The position numbers and the translations under genes are program-made. The notes under the pieces were generated by a model. It saw nothing but the letters and a program-made list of their open reading frames with translations. It was not told where the DNA came from and ran no database searches. Below are positions 1 through 9,951 of a stretch of 48,589 nucleotides of DNA, piece after piece; the stretch's first letter is position 1; each line of letters opens with the position of its first letter. Source of the stretch: Patescibacteria group bacterium (GTDB lineage Bacteria; Patescibacteriota; Minisyncoccia; Minisyncoccales; PEYH01). The stretch lies in the NCBI GenBank assembly GCA_018817645.1, contig JAHITK010000006.1, forward strand, positions 1 to 48,589, in the 5' to 3' direction.

Positions 1-1095
1 AAGGGCTGTTGTGCCGGTAACAGCTAATGTATCTGCTAAACCAGTAGCGCCCGTAACATCTAAAGTGCCGCCTAAAACTGTCGCTCCAGTTCCTACGGTA
101 AGGGTGCTGGTTCCATTAATAGCCACAGAGGTCTGGGTTGGAACAATAAGACCGCCAGTCAGAGTTGTTGCGCCTGTGACTGCCAAAGTGCCAGATAAAG
201 AAGTTATAGCCGGGCTGAAAGTGCCACTAACAGTTAAATCGCCAAAAGTAGCCGCGCCCGTGACATCTAATGTACCAGTAATACTAGTATCGGGTGTAAT
301 AGTTACTGATGTAGAAGTACTTGCACCAATTGCCAAATCACCAGCTGCTAAAAGGTCAATACCGCCATTAGCATAAAGAACGCCTGTTAAGGTGCTTGCT
401 CCGGTGACGGCCAAAGTGCCGCCTAAAACTGTTGCTCCGGTTCCCACAGTAAGGGTGCTGGTTCCGTTAATAGCAACTGATGTCTGAGTTGGAACAACAA
501 TGCCTCCGGTGGCTGTTAGTGCGCCTGTTATGCCTGTCGCTCCGGTAACAGCCAATGTTCCGCCTAAAACTGTTGCTCCGGTTCCCACCGTAAGGGTGCT
601 GGTTCCGTTAATAGCCACTGATGTCTGAGTTGGAACAACAATGCCTCCGGTGGCTGTTAGTGCGCCTGTTATGCCTGTCGCTCCGGTAACAGCCAATGTT
701 CCGCCCAAAACCGTTGCTCCAGTTCCCACCGTAAGGGTGCTGGTTCCATTAATAGCCACTGATGTCTGGGTTGGGACTATAAGACCACCAGTCAGGGTTG
801 TTGCGCCTGTTACAGCTAAAGTGCTGGCAGTAGAAACCGCGCCTGTGGTTCCGCTTACAGTAAAATTAGATGTGTCAACAGCGATGCCGCCATTAGCATT
901 AAGCAGACCAGTCAAAGTGCTTATGCCGGTTACGGCTAATGTAGAACTTAAGGTTGTTGCGCCTGTTACTCCAAGCGCGTCTCCGACCGAAACATCGTCT
1001 CCGACAGTCGTGGTAGCGTTTACAACTGCTCCTACCATCAACGTCGCGAGCAGGACAGTCAATCCTGTTTTAAGAATAGAATATTTTTTACTCAT
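1..1095 (-). CDS. Secreted Thr/Gly-rich repetitive surface/fibre protein, 5' part only (runs off the window edge)
   Basis: Not in the ORF track. ATG at 1095, open to position 1: MSKKYSILKTGLTVLLATLMVGAVVNA (signal peptide) followed by repeats such as GTLAVTGATTLTGGLIVPTQTSVAINGTSTLTVGTGATVLG. Confidence 0.85.
   Translation of the reverse strand, partial: MSKKYSILKTGLTVLLATLMVGAVVNATTTVGDDVSVGDALGVTGATTLSSTLAVTGISTLTGLLNANGGIAVDTSNFTVSGTTGAVSTASTLAVTGATTLTGGLIVPTQTSVAINGTSTLTVGTGATVLGGTLAVTGATGITGALTATGGIVVPTQTSVAINGTSTLTVGTGATVLGGTLAVTGATGITGALTATGGIVVPTQTSVAINGTSTLTVGTGATVLGGTLAVTGASTLTGVLYANGGIDLLAAGDLAIGASTSTSVTITPDTSITGTLDVTGAATFGDLTVSGTFSPAITSLSGTLAVTGATTLTGGLIVPTQTSVAINGTSTLTVGTGATVLGGTLDVTGATGLADTLAVTGTTAL
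421..820. repeat. 141-bp (47-aa) intragenic tandem repeat, about 3 copies, plus a dispersed copy near 70
   Basis: gcc(t/c)aaaac(t/c)gttgctcc starts at 421, 562 and 703 (period 141); a related copy starts at 70, in frame. Confidence 0.9.
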
Positions 1096-1186
1096 TGTAA
1101 TTCTAAATTAATTGTTAATTATTTTTTGTGCTCGTCTTATTAACCGTGCACCAGTGAATAAGGCGAACGAATTTAAGACGACCTTT

Positions 1187-1254
1187 TCCCCCACCAATCC
1201 TATGCCTGACTTCGTTAGAATTTGCGCGAAGCGCAGCATAGGATTGGTGGGGGA
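1187..1254. other. 19-bp perfect inverted repeat (hairpin) in the leader of the fibre gene
   Basis: tcccccaccaatcctatgc (1187-1205) / gcataggattggtggggga (1236-1254). Confidence 0.7.
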
Positions 1255-1325
1255 TTTCATCCCCTACGAAATAAGGAGAAATCCCGACCTTTATTATTTT
1301 TTTATCTCTTCTTTATCACTCTATA

Positions 1326-1577
1326 TTACTTTATTCCTAATTTTTCTTCTACTGCCTTGACTCGCTTTTCTAAATCTTGAACTTCAAATCTGTATGCCAC
1401 TTGGCTTACTTTCTTGGCAATCTCTTCATGGTCACCGCGTAAATCAAATAAGGACTGGAGCATCTTTTTATTATCTTGACGCATTTCTTGATGCTCTTTG
1501 GTGTTTTCATCAAAACCCCTTTTTATCATTCCAGCCAAATCTTCCAAAGTAACATTTTGTTGAACATTGTCAGCCAT
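1326..1577 (-). CDS. Small coiled-coil hypothetical protein
   Basis: 83-aa ORF with TLEDLAGMIKRGFDE and a heptad-like C-terminus; own upstream TATAAT boxes. Confidence 0.75.
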   Translation of the reverse strand: MADNVQQNVTLEDLAGMIKRGFDENTKEHQEMRQDNKKMLQSLFDLRGDHEEIAKKVSQVAYRFEVQDLEKRVKAVEEKLGIK

Positions 1578-1726
1578 TTTGTTTATTGTATTTTATTATA
1601 CCATTATACTACCAAAACAAAAGAATAAAACTATAAGTCAAGATGTGGAAAACTTTTCGCCCGCAGGGCGGGCTCAAATTAAAAACGAAAAATGAAAAAA
1701 TCAAAATGACAGATTAAAATCAAAAA

Positions 1727-2119
1727 TTATTTCTTCCCTTTCAATGTCAATATGCTTGAGGCAAGGATATTCGCTATTTCCGTCAATATGTCTAATAATT
1801 TCTCCGCATCTCGCGGATTCGCTTTTTTCGAATCTTTTAATAACGCCAGCCAAAACTTAGTTTCATTTGCTGATTTAAGAGAATGGTGAAAGAAATTAAT
1901 AAAATCCTTTTTGGAACTTGCTGCCTGTGCCTCAATATAGTTCGCCCCAATACTGGTTCCGCTTCTCAATATTTGTTTCGCAAATATCTGTGAACTGGTA
2001 TCTTTCGGCAATTTGTCTATAAACCTTATCAATTCAAGGATAAAACAATATACTTTCTTCTTAAAATCATTTTTAAACTTTTCTTTGTCATTTTTCATTT
2101 TTAGTTTTACATTTTTCAT
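1727..2119 (-). CDS. Four-helix-bundle protein (23S rRNA IVP / TIGR02436-like)
   Basis: Family signature QILRSGTSIGANYIEAQAASSKKDFINFFHHSLKSANETKFWL. Confidence 0.9.
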   Translation of the reverse strand: MKNVKLKMKNDKEKFKNDFKKKVYCFILELIRFIDKLPKDTSSQIFAKQILRSGTSIGANYIEAQAASSKKDFINFFHHSLKSANETKFWLALLKDSKKANPRDAEKLLDILTEIANILASSILTLKGKK

Positions 2120-4332
2120 TGTTTGAGCGCTTCTATCCTTGCCTTGACGTCCGCATAATTCGAAACATACTGCAAAATCAGCGAATACGCCTGTAAAGCA
2201 AGATTCTTGTCGTTCTTAAACTCATAAAGCTGCCCTAATGAATACAAGGCCGGAACATAATTCCCCTTGAGTTCAATTGCTTTCAGTAAAGATTCTTCTG
2301 TTTGCGCAATCAATTGCTCTTGCAATGTTTTTAATTTACTAATCTGCTCCAGGTCTCTCTCGTCGGCTTGCTCTAATTCATCTATCTGCGCTAAATTTGC
2401 CTTTGCCGACTTTAAGTATATGTTCCCTAAAACAAGCGGCAATTGCGGGTCCCGGGGAGCAAACTCATACGCTTTTTGAAAACTCGCCAGCGCTAATTGC
2501 TCAGCATTTTGTACCCCAAAACCATCAAGCGTCTGGTAAAAACTGCCCTGTTGGAACCAATTTTCGCTGTTTTTCGGATTAAGGCGCGTCACCTCCATTA
2601 CTATGCTCTCTCCGTTTGAAATATATTGCTGGAAAAGTTTTTGCTTATCCTCTTGGCTCAATTCTTGATTGCCGACTAATTCATTAAGCTGAAGCGCAAA
2701 TGCCTGGGACAGATTTCTCAAATAATCGTCTTTATTTTGGTCCAAATTGGAAGCAGAAACAATCGCTTTAATTCCGTTTTCCAAATCAGGATTTTCTGAA
2801 TTGATAAGATTGACGCCATTGGCAAAAATTACTGCTCCCGCATATCTCTGGCTGACTTTATAGGCCCCGATGCCCGCGCCAGCCATCACCACAACTGCCA
2901 ACATCATAATAGCAAAGGCCTTTTGGGGCGATTGATAGAACAAAATCTCCTTTATATTCCCCTTCCTTTCAAGACCGACGAACAGGCCGAGCATTAAAAA
3001 CGCTAAAAATAATAATGTGATGTTGGCTGGGTAGAAAAACCAGGTAAAAAACAGATACAAACAGGCGATAAAAATGCTTGACGATAATTTTGCCTCCATA
3101 GAGTCGTCATTTTTCGCCCTAAACAACGGCCTAATCCCCTGCCATAAAGCCACGCCTATCAACAACAGGACTGACAAAATACCCAGAATGCCGACTGTGG
3201 ATAACAAAGTGGTTAAGATAGAAAAACCCTGATTAAACCGCGTTTGCCAGAAAGCCCCGAGATTTATTGCCAAGGGCTTAAAAAGGTCAAACTGCTCGGG
3301 AAAAGTGGCTGGTCCGGAACCAATAATCAGGTTTTTTACAGAACTTTTCATTGTATCAGCCCCTATCTGAATAGTGGATTTGAAAGTGAGCCCGATTTCC
3401 GGAGAATAACTATATAACTTATCAGTAGGAATGCGCACAAAAACAAATATCAGGGAAACAGCCAGAATCAAAAGAGGTAGGATAAATTGCCTGATTTCCT
3501 TTTGGGTCAAAATCGGGCCCATATTTTTGCTCATCTGGGCAAGGACAAAAATAATGCCCAAGATAATACCAAGCCATACCAGCCAGTAATTGATTAAGAT
3601 AATGGATGCGAAAAATAGGATTCCGGTAATAGCGGACAGTCCAAAGATAATTTTTGATTGCCTGACCGCCTTGTCCTTGACCGCAATAACTTTACTCCCA
3701 AACAAAGACATTAACAACACGAAGGCGCAGCCGATAAATACGCCCAATGCTTCAGTGCTTCCAATAGTGTTGAAAATAAAATTCTTAGTAAGGAATAACG
3801 GGAAGATTGCTTTTCTGAGCGCTGCTTGAAACAGGAAAATAATACTCAAAACAAATGCGCTTACCAAAAACCCGAAAACGAATTTATGAGCGCCGAGTTC
3901 TGATTTTTTTGTCTCTTTTGAGCCCCTTTTTTCAATGGCTTCCTTTTTGCTAAATAAATTCGCTGACAGGAAATAAACTAAACCGCAAAGCAGTATGTTT
4001 AAAAATGTATCGGGCGTGTCGGCCACTGCGAAACTCTGACTCCGGGAAACGGAAAAAATGGTGGATATCCCTATCACAATCAGAAACAGAATCATTGCTT
4101 TGCTGATTTTCCCAAAATCCAAAGTAAATTTTCCCAAACTGATGACTTTCACGGCCCAAAGAATCAGCAATAGAAAAACAGCGATTGATAAGAACAATTG
4201 CTTATTCAGGAAAAGCGGCGAAGCGGTGAAGGGAAGAGCGAAAAGGGGCAGAAGAAAAACCAGCATCAGCGCAAGGGAATTGATTTTGAAATCTAATAGA
4301 TTTTGAAAACTAAAAAAATTCTTTTTAGGCAT
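2116..4332 (-). CDS. Polytopic membrane protein, O-antigen-ligase-like region plus C-terminal TPRs
   Basis: About 12 hydrophobic segments; IIGSGPATF...FNQGFS..TTLLSTVGILG motif typical of Wzy_C/ligase-like proteins; TPR-like C-terminus (ALYSLGQLYE). Confidence 0.7.
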   Translation of the reverse strand: MPKKNFFSFQNLLDFKINSLALMLVFLLPLFALPFTASPLFLNKQLFLSIAVFLLLILWAVKVISLGKFTLDFGKISKAMILFLIVIGISTIFSVSRSQSFAVADTPDTFLNILLCGLVYFLSANLFSKKEAIEKRGSKETKKSELGAHKFVFGFLVSAFVLSIIFLFQAALRKAIFPLFLTKNFIFNTIGSTEALGVFIGCAFVLLMSLFGSKVIAVKDKAVRQSKIIFGLSAITGILFFASIILINYWLVWLGIILGIIFVLAQMSKNMGPILTQKEIRQFILPLLILAVSLIFVFVRIPTDKLYSYSPEIGLTFKSTIQIGADTMKSSVKNLIIGSGPATFPEQFDLFKPLAINLGAFWQTRFNQGFSILTTLLSTVGILGILSVLLLIGVALWQGIRPLFRAKNDDSMEAKLSSSIFIACLYLFFTWFFYPANITLLFLAFLMLGLFVGLERKGNIKEILFYQSPQKAFAIMMLAVVVMAGAGIGAYKVSQRYAGAVIFANGVNLINSENPDLENGIKAIVSASNLDQNKDDYLRNLSQAFALQLNELVGNQELSQEDKQKLFQQYISNGESIVMEVTRLNPKNSENWFQQGSFYQTLDGFGVQNAEQLALASFQKAYEFAPRDPQLPLVLGNIYLKSAKANLAQIDELEQADERDLEQISKLKTLQEQLIAQTEESLLKAIELKGNYVPALYSLGQLYEFKNDKNLALQAYSLILQYVSNYADVKARIEALKQ

Positions 4333-4382
4333 AGTTTTAATTACTAATAATCGTTATTTGGTATTCGGATATTGTAGCACGG

Positions 4383-4506
4383 AAAAAATAAAAATGAAAA
4401 GTGAAAAAATAAAAATGACAATTTAAAATCTAAAATGTCAAAAAAATAATTTAAAATTTTTAATTTTTATCTGTTATTTTTCATTTTTAGTTTTTAATTT
4501 TTCATT
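4383..4506. repeat. AT-rich inverted element built from 7-mers, related to the arms flanking the four-helix-bundle gene
   Basis: Left arm aaaatgaaaagtgaaaaaataaaaatgaca; right arm ctgttatttttcatttttagtttttaatttttcatt. These match 1680-1726 and 2085-2119. Confidence 0.65.
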
Positions 4507-4517
4507 TCTCTTAGAAA

Positions 4518-4545
4518 CCAAAAACCCGCGGAAGCGGGTTTTTGG
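4518..4545 (-). terminator. Intrinsic terminator of the S-layer-like gene
   Basis: ccaaaaacccgc-ggaa-gcgggtttttgg hairpin about 30 nt past the stop at 4574. Confidence 0.8.
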
Positions 4546-4573
4546 GAACTTAACTAATCCTACAAGGAAAAGA

Positions 4574-7500
4574 TTAGTAAGTCAGGGAATACTTTCCATA
4601 CACTGGGAATTCGCTGTCAGAAATGCTCGCTGGGAGGGAAGCCGTTGGCGCGGTTCCCGGTCCTGAACTGGAATAGAACCAGTCAAGTCCAGAAGCCATT
4701 TGGCCTTTGGTTCCATTAACTTTTACTCTCAAACTCATACCAACCTCTGTGGATGTCCAGGTGCCGGTAGTATCAAGTTTGATTGTAAAGGTCTTGGTCT
4801 GTCCAGAAGCGATTTCTTCAGGAGTAGTCAAATCAAGAGTATATGTCGCCGCAGCAGTGGCTTCAAGGTCAGTACCACTCTGGATTCTTTCTCCCCCTTC
4901 CCATACTTCCCATGCATCAGCAGTAGTTGGTAGTTGTCCAGTCCCGGAACCCTCAAGGGTCACGGCTAAACTTTCAACCGACAATGCTCCGCCAACTGCT
5001 GTAATATCATACATGGCAATGGTCTGCATTGCGCCAGCGATACTAGCGTCGTAAGTAGTAGCAGACGCGGTTATAATCGGCTCAACATCATGCATTGTCA
5101 TATTGTTGGACGCGATAACTCCCGGGCTGACTCTTACAATCCTGTCGTTCGCAGCAGCAGTGGCAACACTGGTTACCAAGTTTGCCATTGTTTCGCCTGC
5201 GTCAATACCAGTTTTAACTACGGCCCATCCGCTGTTTGAGGCAGCTGAAGCGTCATAGTGGTAGACAACATCACCAACCCCATATTGATAGGTGGATGCA
5301 GTGCTGTATGCCTCCTGGCTGACATCAGAATCAAAAGCGAAATAACTATCGCTCGTATCTACTGTTGTGCTGGTGCCATTAACTACAAATGTATCAAGGG
5401 TGCTGAAGGTGCCGCCACTGGCATTATCTGTCATAGTGGTGACTATTCCTGTGTAGGTCATTCCAGCAGAAGCCTCGTAGAAACCAACCAAGTCGCCAAC
5501 CACTGGCAACGCGCCCGTGAGGGCAACATTGCTTCCGGTCAGTTCAACATTGATATCGCCGGTAGTTAATGTTACTGCTTTTGAACCTGTTACATCAGCA
5601 ACAGTAATGCTGGTGTCGGCAGTAACCGCTGTTACTAATCCAGCATAGACATCATTGGCTGAAGCATCATGCAGAACAACATAATCATTGACGGCAATTC
5701 CGGTTGTTGAAGTTGCGGTAGCGGTTGCGATATTGGCTGCCTGCGCTATCGCTCCGAACTTGGAAACTTCTTCAGTTGCGGCAAAGGTTTCAGCAGCTGA
5801 ACCACCGATATCTATACCAGTCGAAACCAAGTCAACTGCTTCGTTGTTGGCGGCAACCACAGGCCTTAACTCATAGTTGTCAATACTGACAACTAAATCG
5901 CCTGCCATATAGTGTCCGACACTGGAAGCTGAACCCGGTTCGGTTGTTATTGCTCCGCAATAACCGGTATCGTGGCTCGCCATAATGGCAGAGTTTGACC
6001 AATCGCCCAAGGCCTCAACAGAAGCATATTTGGCTCTGGCTTTATCACCTGAACCCATTGTCAGGGCATCAGAAGTATCAATCCATAAACTGTAACTTTC
6101 TGAACCATAATAAGGAATGGTTTCAGACAGCCCAGAGAAGGTGATTACTCCTGAAACAGCTGATTTGCCGGAGCCGAGAGTAGCGCTTCCGTGCTTTAAG
6201 GTGTAATTGGTGAAGTCCCTGTCTTGGCTACCTCCGGTCTCAACAGTGAATCTAAAGGTATCAATGGTAATCGGCTCATATAATGTACCGAAAGTCATAT
6301 CTAATACCTTTACTCCTGTTTCATTAGCGTGCAAAACAGCAGCATTCGGATTTGAACCATTCTTAAGGGTCAAAATTCCGGATGTCTGAATAGTCATTGT
6401 CTGTCCGCCTGCAGCTGCGCTGTTTGTCACTGCCTCTCCAGAGGTTGAGCCCGTGCCGGAAATGTCATCAGCGTCAAAGTCAGCGATATATGTGCCGCTG
6501 GCTGTGCTCTGGTCAAAATTGGCGCAAACAATAACCACTTGAGAACTGGAAGCAGGGATAGTAAAGACCCCGCCTGTTGAGAAACTGTCGTTGGCGCCGG
6601 CCACTGAAGAGTCAACTGAACCGATTAAGGTTGAGCTGGTCTCACTGCAGGTTCCGGCTCCTTTCTGCATCCAGAGTTCGTTAACAGCAGAAATAAGACT
6701 AGCGCTGCTTACAACATCAATATTGAAGGTGGAAATATACACGCCTTCGCTTGACCCGGTCTGAAGAACAAATTGTCCGATTTGCTTTGCCGCCCCGGCA
6801 ATTATGCTCTTATTACCCCAACTGGCATCCTTAACAACTGTTAAGGTTCCGGCTGCGCCGGTCAAAGTATTGGCGTTCAACGCTGATGTCTGATATTCCA
6901 CGAAGTCACCAGTTGTCAATCGTTTTACATAAACATCCTCAATGGCAAATCTAAAGGAATCAGCGCTGGACAAATCACTCCTTAAATTACCAACAATACT
7001 TATGGTCTCTGTTGTTCCAGAAGGAATAGTGAAATAACTGGACAGAGTATAATTAGTTCCGGTGGTAGAAGGAGCGTCGCTGGCAACGGTCAAGGCATAA
7101 TGGCTTGCGCCATCAGAGGTCTTTACATTGACAGTTCCGGTAAAGATATCATCTGACTCGTTGTCGGTAGTGCCGCTGTCTCCATTGTCAGGAGCAACTC
7201 TGGTCACTAAATAGAATTTAAGTCGTCTCACTTCAATATCTTCGCCTTTTGCCTTCAGGTCAAACTTAGCAAATACCACTTCGTTTCCGCCTGCTGGCAC
7301 TGTTCCGGTTGGAGAAGTATTTGACAGGACTACTGTCAAAGAACCTGCGGTAGCGGTTATATGGTTATAACCACTAACATTGACGGCAATATCTCCGATT
7401 GGGAAAGATGTGTCAACAGTGTTTCCAGTGGCGGTTGCCAAAATTCTGGTTCCAGTATCCTTGCCAAGAACAACGACATCATAGTCGTTCAAAATAACGG

Positions 7501-8902
7501 CCTGGGTGGTTCTGGAGGCCCCGTCAACCAAATCAACATACAATGAAAGCGTCTTGGAAGAGCCGTTAGGAACTAAATATCCCGGGCTGCTGGTCAAATC
7601 AAAGGTGACATACTTGTCATCGCTTTGCGCCACAGTTGCCAGGGTATTGCCATTAGCATCTTTCAATATCCAATTGGCAATGTCCCCGTCAGCCGCGCTG
7701 CCGTTGTTATAAACGGTCAACTCTTCAAGATAGACATCTTCATTAGAAGTTGTCTCGGTGAACTTGAACCTTGTCAGAAGTTGGTCTGTATTGCCAATGT
7801 CAACTGATGCAGTGGTTGTTCTTAAACTCACTACGTCAACATCAACAGCGCCCAATACGCTCGCTCCGGTAGCCAAAGAGAAAGTATTGCCAACCAAGGA
7901 CAACCCGCTCGGGTCGCCAGAAATGGCTGTAACTTTTACTCCAAAAGTTCCGGAAGTGGCAGTAGAACCAAGGTGGGTCAAAATAGAAATCTTCTGCGTA
8001 GTTCCTTTGGCAATAGTAATCGGCTTGCTGGTGAAAGTAATAGCAGCCAATTTGCTGGAGAAGGTATAGACATTGCCATGTCTTACACCATCCTTGTCTT
8101 GAACCAAAACACCGCTTATCATGCTGTCTACGGAAATACCAAATCTTTCAACAGTGATAGAAGTGATATCCCAATCAGTACTACCTGCTGTTGCATCAAA
8201 CACCAACATCGTGTTGTATGCTGAATTTGACATCAAGGTAGCCGCCGCGGGATTAGTGCTGGCCAAAGCCACTGAATGGTCGCCAGCTACCACCGGAGGC
8301 GTTACACCCTCGGCTAAAGTGTTGCAAACATCGCTATACCAATAAAATCCGGCTGCTACGCAGTCAGCTTCAGTGGTATAATCGCTGGCAACTGGGGTAA
8401 CTGGAGGGGTCACTACGCTTGCAGATAACAAGCTGTTCAGTTTGGCTCTGGTTGTCTGGCCCACATAACCAGTGCCTTTTGTTAAGCCCCAAGAAGCAAG
8501 AATTGCTGAAGCAAACTTCTCCTGGAAAGCAATAACAGAGGCCTTGGTGATGGAGCCGAAATAACCAGTAGCTCCAACAGTGGTTGGATAGGTCGGCGCT
8601 CCAATCTCTGCTTTCAATATAATCTGTAAGTACTTTACCTCATCATTTGTCATGCCGTATTTCAGGGCATTCTGGAAGGTAAAGCCATCGGGAATTCCTG
8701 TGTAAGCTGCAGGGGTAGCGGTTGTGCCGCCTTCAAGGGTGGCCAATTGAGCCTGGTATTGAAGAAGCAGAGCTTGTAAATCCGCAATTTGGGCTTCAAG
8801 CTCAGCCATAGTCAAACCATAGACCGGCGCGATTGAACCGCCGAGCATCATCACAGCACAAGTCACTGTAGATACTCCTGCAACGATTCTTTTAATACTC
8901 AT
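4574..8902 (-). CDS. Large S-layer-like surface protein with N-terminal peptidoglycan-binding domain
   Basis: Signal peptide, coiled coil, PG-binding-like motif (LKYGMTNDEVKYLQIIL...TGYFGSITKASVIAFQ...GYVGQTTRAKLN), then Thr/Ser/Asp-rich beta-sandwich repeats; ends in LTY. Confidence 0.8.
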   Translation of the reverse strand: MSIKRIVAGVSTVTCAVMMLGGSIAPVYGLTMAELEAQIADLQALLLQYQAQLATLEGGTTATPAAYTGIPDGFTFQNALKYGMTNDEVKYLQIILKAEIGAPTYPTTVGATGYFGSITKASVIAFQEKFASAILASWGLTKGTGYVGQTTRAKLNSLLSASVVTPPVTPVASDYTTEADCVAAGFYWYSDVCNTLAEGVTPPVVAGDHSVALASTNPAAATLMSNSAYNTMLVFDATAGSTDWDITSITVERFGISVDSMISGVLVQDKDGVRHGNVYTFSSKLAAITFTSKPITIAKGTTQKISILTHLGSTATSGTFGVKVTAISGDPSGLSLVGNTFSLATGASVLGAVDVDVVSLRTTTASVDIGNTDQLLTRFKFTETTSNEDVYLEELTVYNNGSAADGDIANWILKDANGNTLATVAQSDDKYVTFDLTSSPGYLVPNGSSKTLSLYVDLVDGASRTTQAVILNDYDVVVLGKDTGTRILATATGNTVDTSFPIGDIAVNVSGYNHITATAGSLTVVLSNTSPTGTVPAGGNEVVFAKFDLKAKGEDIEVRRLKFYLVTRVAPDNGDSGTTDNESDDIFTGTVNVKTSDGASHYALTVASDAPSTTGTNYTLSSYFTIPSGTTETISIVGNLRSDLSSADSFRFAIEDVYVKRLTTGDFVEYQTSALNANTLTGAAGTLTVVKDASWGNKSIIAGAAKQIGQFVLQTGSSEGVYISTFNIDVVSSASLISAVNELWMQKGAGTCSETSSTLIGSVDSSVAGANDSFSTGGVFTIPASSSQVVIVCANFDQSTASGTYIADFDADDISGTGSTSGEAVTNSAAAGGQTMTIQTSGILTLKNGSNPNAAVLHANETGVKVLDMTFGTLYEPITIDTFRFTVETGGSQDRDFTNYTLKHGSATLGSGKSAVSGVITFSGLSETIPYYGSESYSLWIDTSDALTMGSGDKARAKYASVEALGDWSNSAIMASHDTGYCGAITTEPGSASSVGHYMAGDLVVSIDNYELRPVVAANNEAVDLVSTGIDIGGSAAETFAATEEVSKFGAIAQAANIATATATSTTGIAVNDYVVLHDASANDVYAGLVTAVTADTSITVADVTGSKAVTLTTGDINVELTGSNVALTGALPVVGDLVGFYEASAGMTYTGIVTTMTDNASGGTFSTLDTFVVNGTSTTVDTSDSYFAFDSDVSQEAYSTASTYQYGVGDVVYHYDASAASNSGWAVVKTGIDAGETMANLVTSVATAAANDRIVRVSPGVIASNNMTMHDVEPIITASATTYDASIAGAMQTIAMYDITAVGGALSVESLAVTLEGSGTGQLPTTADAWEVWEGGERIQSGTDLEATAAATYTLDLTTPEEIASGQTKTFTIKLDTTGTWTSTEVGMSLRVKVNGTKGQMASGLDWFYSSSGPGTAPTASLPASISDSEFPVYGKYSLTY

Positions 8903-9119
8903 TTTAGATTATCTTTCCTTTTATTTCTCGTAATAGCCGTTTTAGGTTATCAACGATCGTAAAAGGATTCATTTATACATTTAATTTTTTTGTTTCGACC
9001 TTTACCCTTCCGCCATCCTTTGCTAAAGCTACGGAATGGCATCGGGCTGACTTCTCTTGGACCGCTTCTACAAGACAAACGCCGCTGGTGATCCAAACAA
9101 CGGCTCGTCAGATTTCAAA

Positions 9120-9845
9120 TTATTTGCTGTTCGTAAGCATTAAAATCTTTTCTAACGCTTGGCTGTAATTTCCATTATTATAATCGGCTTTCGCCTGGCT
9201 GAACAGGTGTGCCTGCTCATCGCTCAAGGTCTGGCTTTCTGTTATGTTTATGAGGTTTTTAACCAATTCTTTGGTGGTATTCTGGATATTCTCTTCAAGC
9301 GCTTCCGCTGTTTTGCTGGAGAGAACGCTCGCCTTGTCTTTTAATTCAGCCATTTCTTCCACATTTTCCTCGTTCGCGCTCAAGGCCCCTACTTTCTTAT
9401 TAATATCTGCGACTGATTCCACAATTTTGGCGGTTTCCGCCGGGTCTTTAGACGCGGAAGGAATAGCGCTCGCCGCCTTGTCTAACATATCTGCCACTTC
9501 CTTTATATCCGCTGGCTTTTTCAAACTATCAAGCTTGGTCTGGGCTAACACCAAATAAGTGGCTGGCGTGTCGTTGGCCGGGATAACTCCCACCTTATTT
9601 CCATTCAATGTCTGTAGATATAAATATGCGGTTATGCCGGCCGCCACGAGCATTACTATAAAAGCAGGGATAGCGATCGGGATTAAGCGGGCTGGCTGGA
9701 AAGAAAACAAAAAGCCACGGCTATGCGCGGTTTCTTCTGGCTGAAAGCTATCCAAAATAAAGGACTTGGTGTCCTCGACCCATTCTCTCTCCGGCTTTAC
9801 TCCTCCTAATGCCTTTAATTGTGCGATAATCTGCTTGTTTTCCAT
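9120..9845 (-). CDS. Single-pass membrane protein, probable anti-sigma factor
   Basis: Likely start MENKQIIAQLKAL (9845). N-terminal cytoplasmic helix (VKPEREWVEDTKSFIL), one TM segment, helical outer domain; lies directly downstream of an ECF sigma gene. Confidence 0.6.
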   Translation of the reverse strand: MENKQIIAQLKALGGVKPEREWVEDTKSFILDSFQPEETAHSRGFLFSFQPARLIPIAIPAFIVMLVAAGITAYLYLQTLNGNKVGVIPANDTPATYLVLAQTKLDSLKKPADIKEVADMLDKAASAIPSASKDPAETAKIVESVADINKKVGALSANEENVEEMAELKDKASVLSSKTAEALEENIQNTTKELVKNLINITESQTLSDEQAHLFSQAKADYNNGNYSQALEKILMLTNSK

Positions 9846-9951
9846 TTTTCTTTTCTTTTTTATTTTGCCTTTTGCGTTTTTCGCTTTGCGCTTTACACGA
9901 TATGTATCGGATGATGGATTCTGCGGTATCGGATTTCGGCTTTCTATATAG

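Noticed and set aside
11-1111. Plus-strand Val/Pro-rich ORFs (11..376, 641..1111) and the many short antisense ORFs elsewhere
   Set aside because: They are shadows of the minus-strand genes and have no independent motifs.
1727-2119. Four-helix-bundle protein as the Avd of a diversity-generating retroelement
   Set aside because: No reverse transcriptase and no TR/VR pair with adenine-specific mismatches seen in the window.
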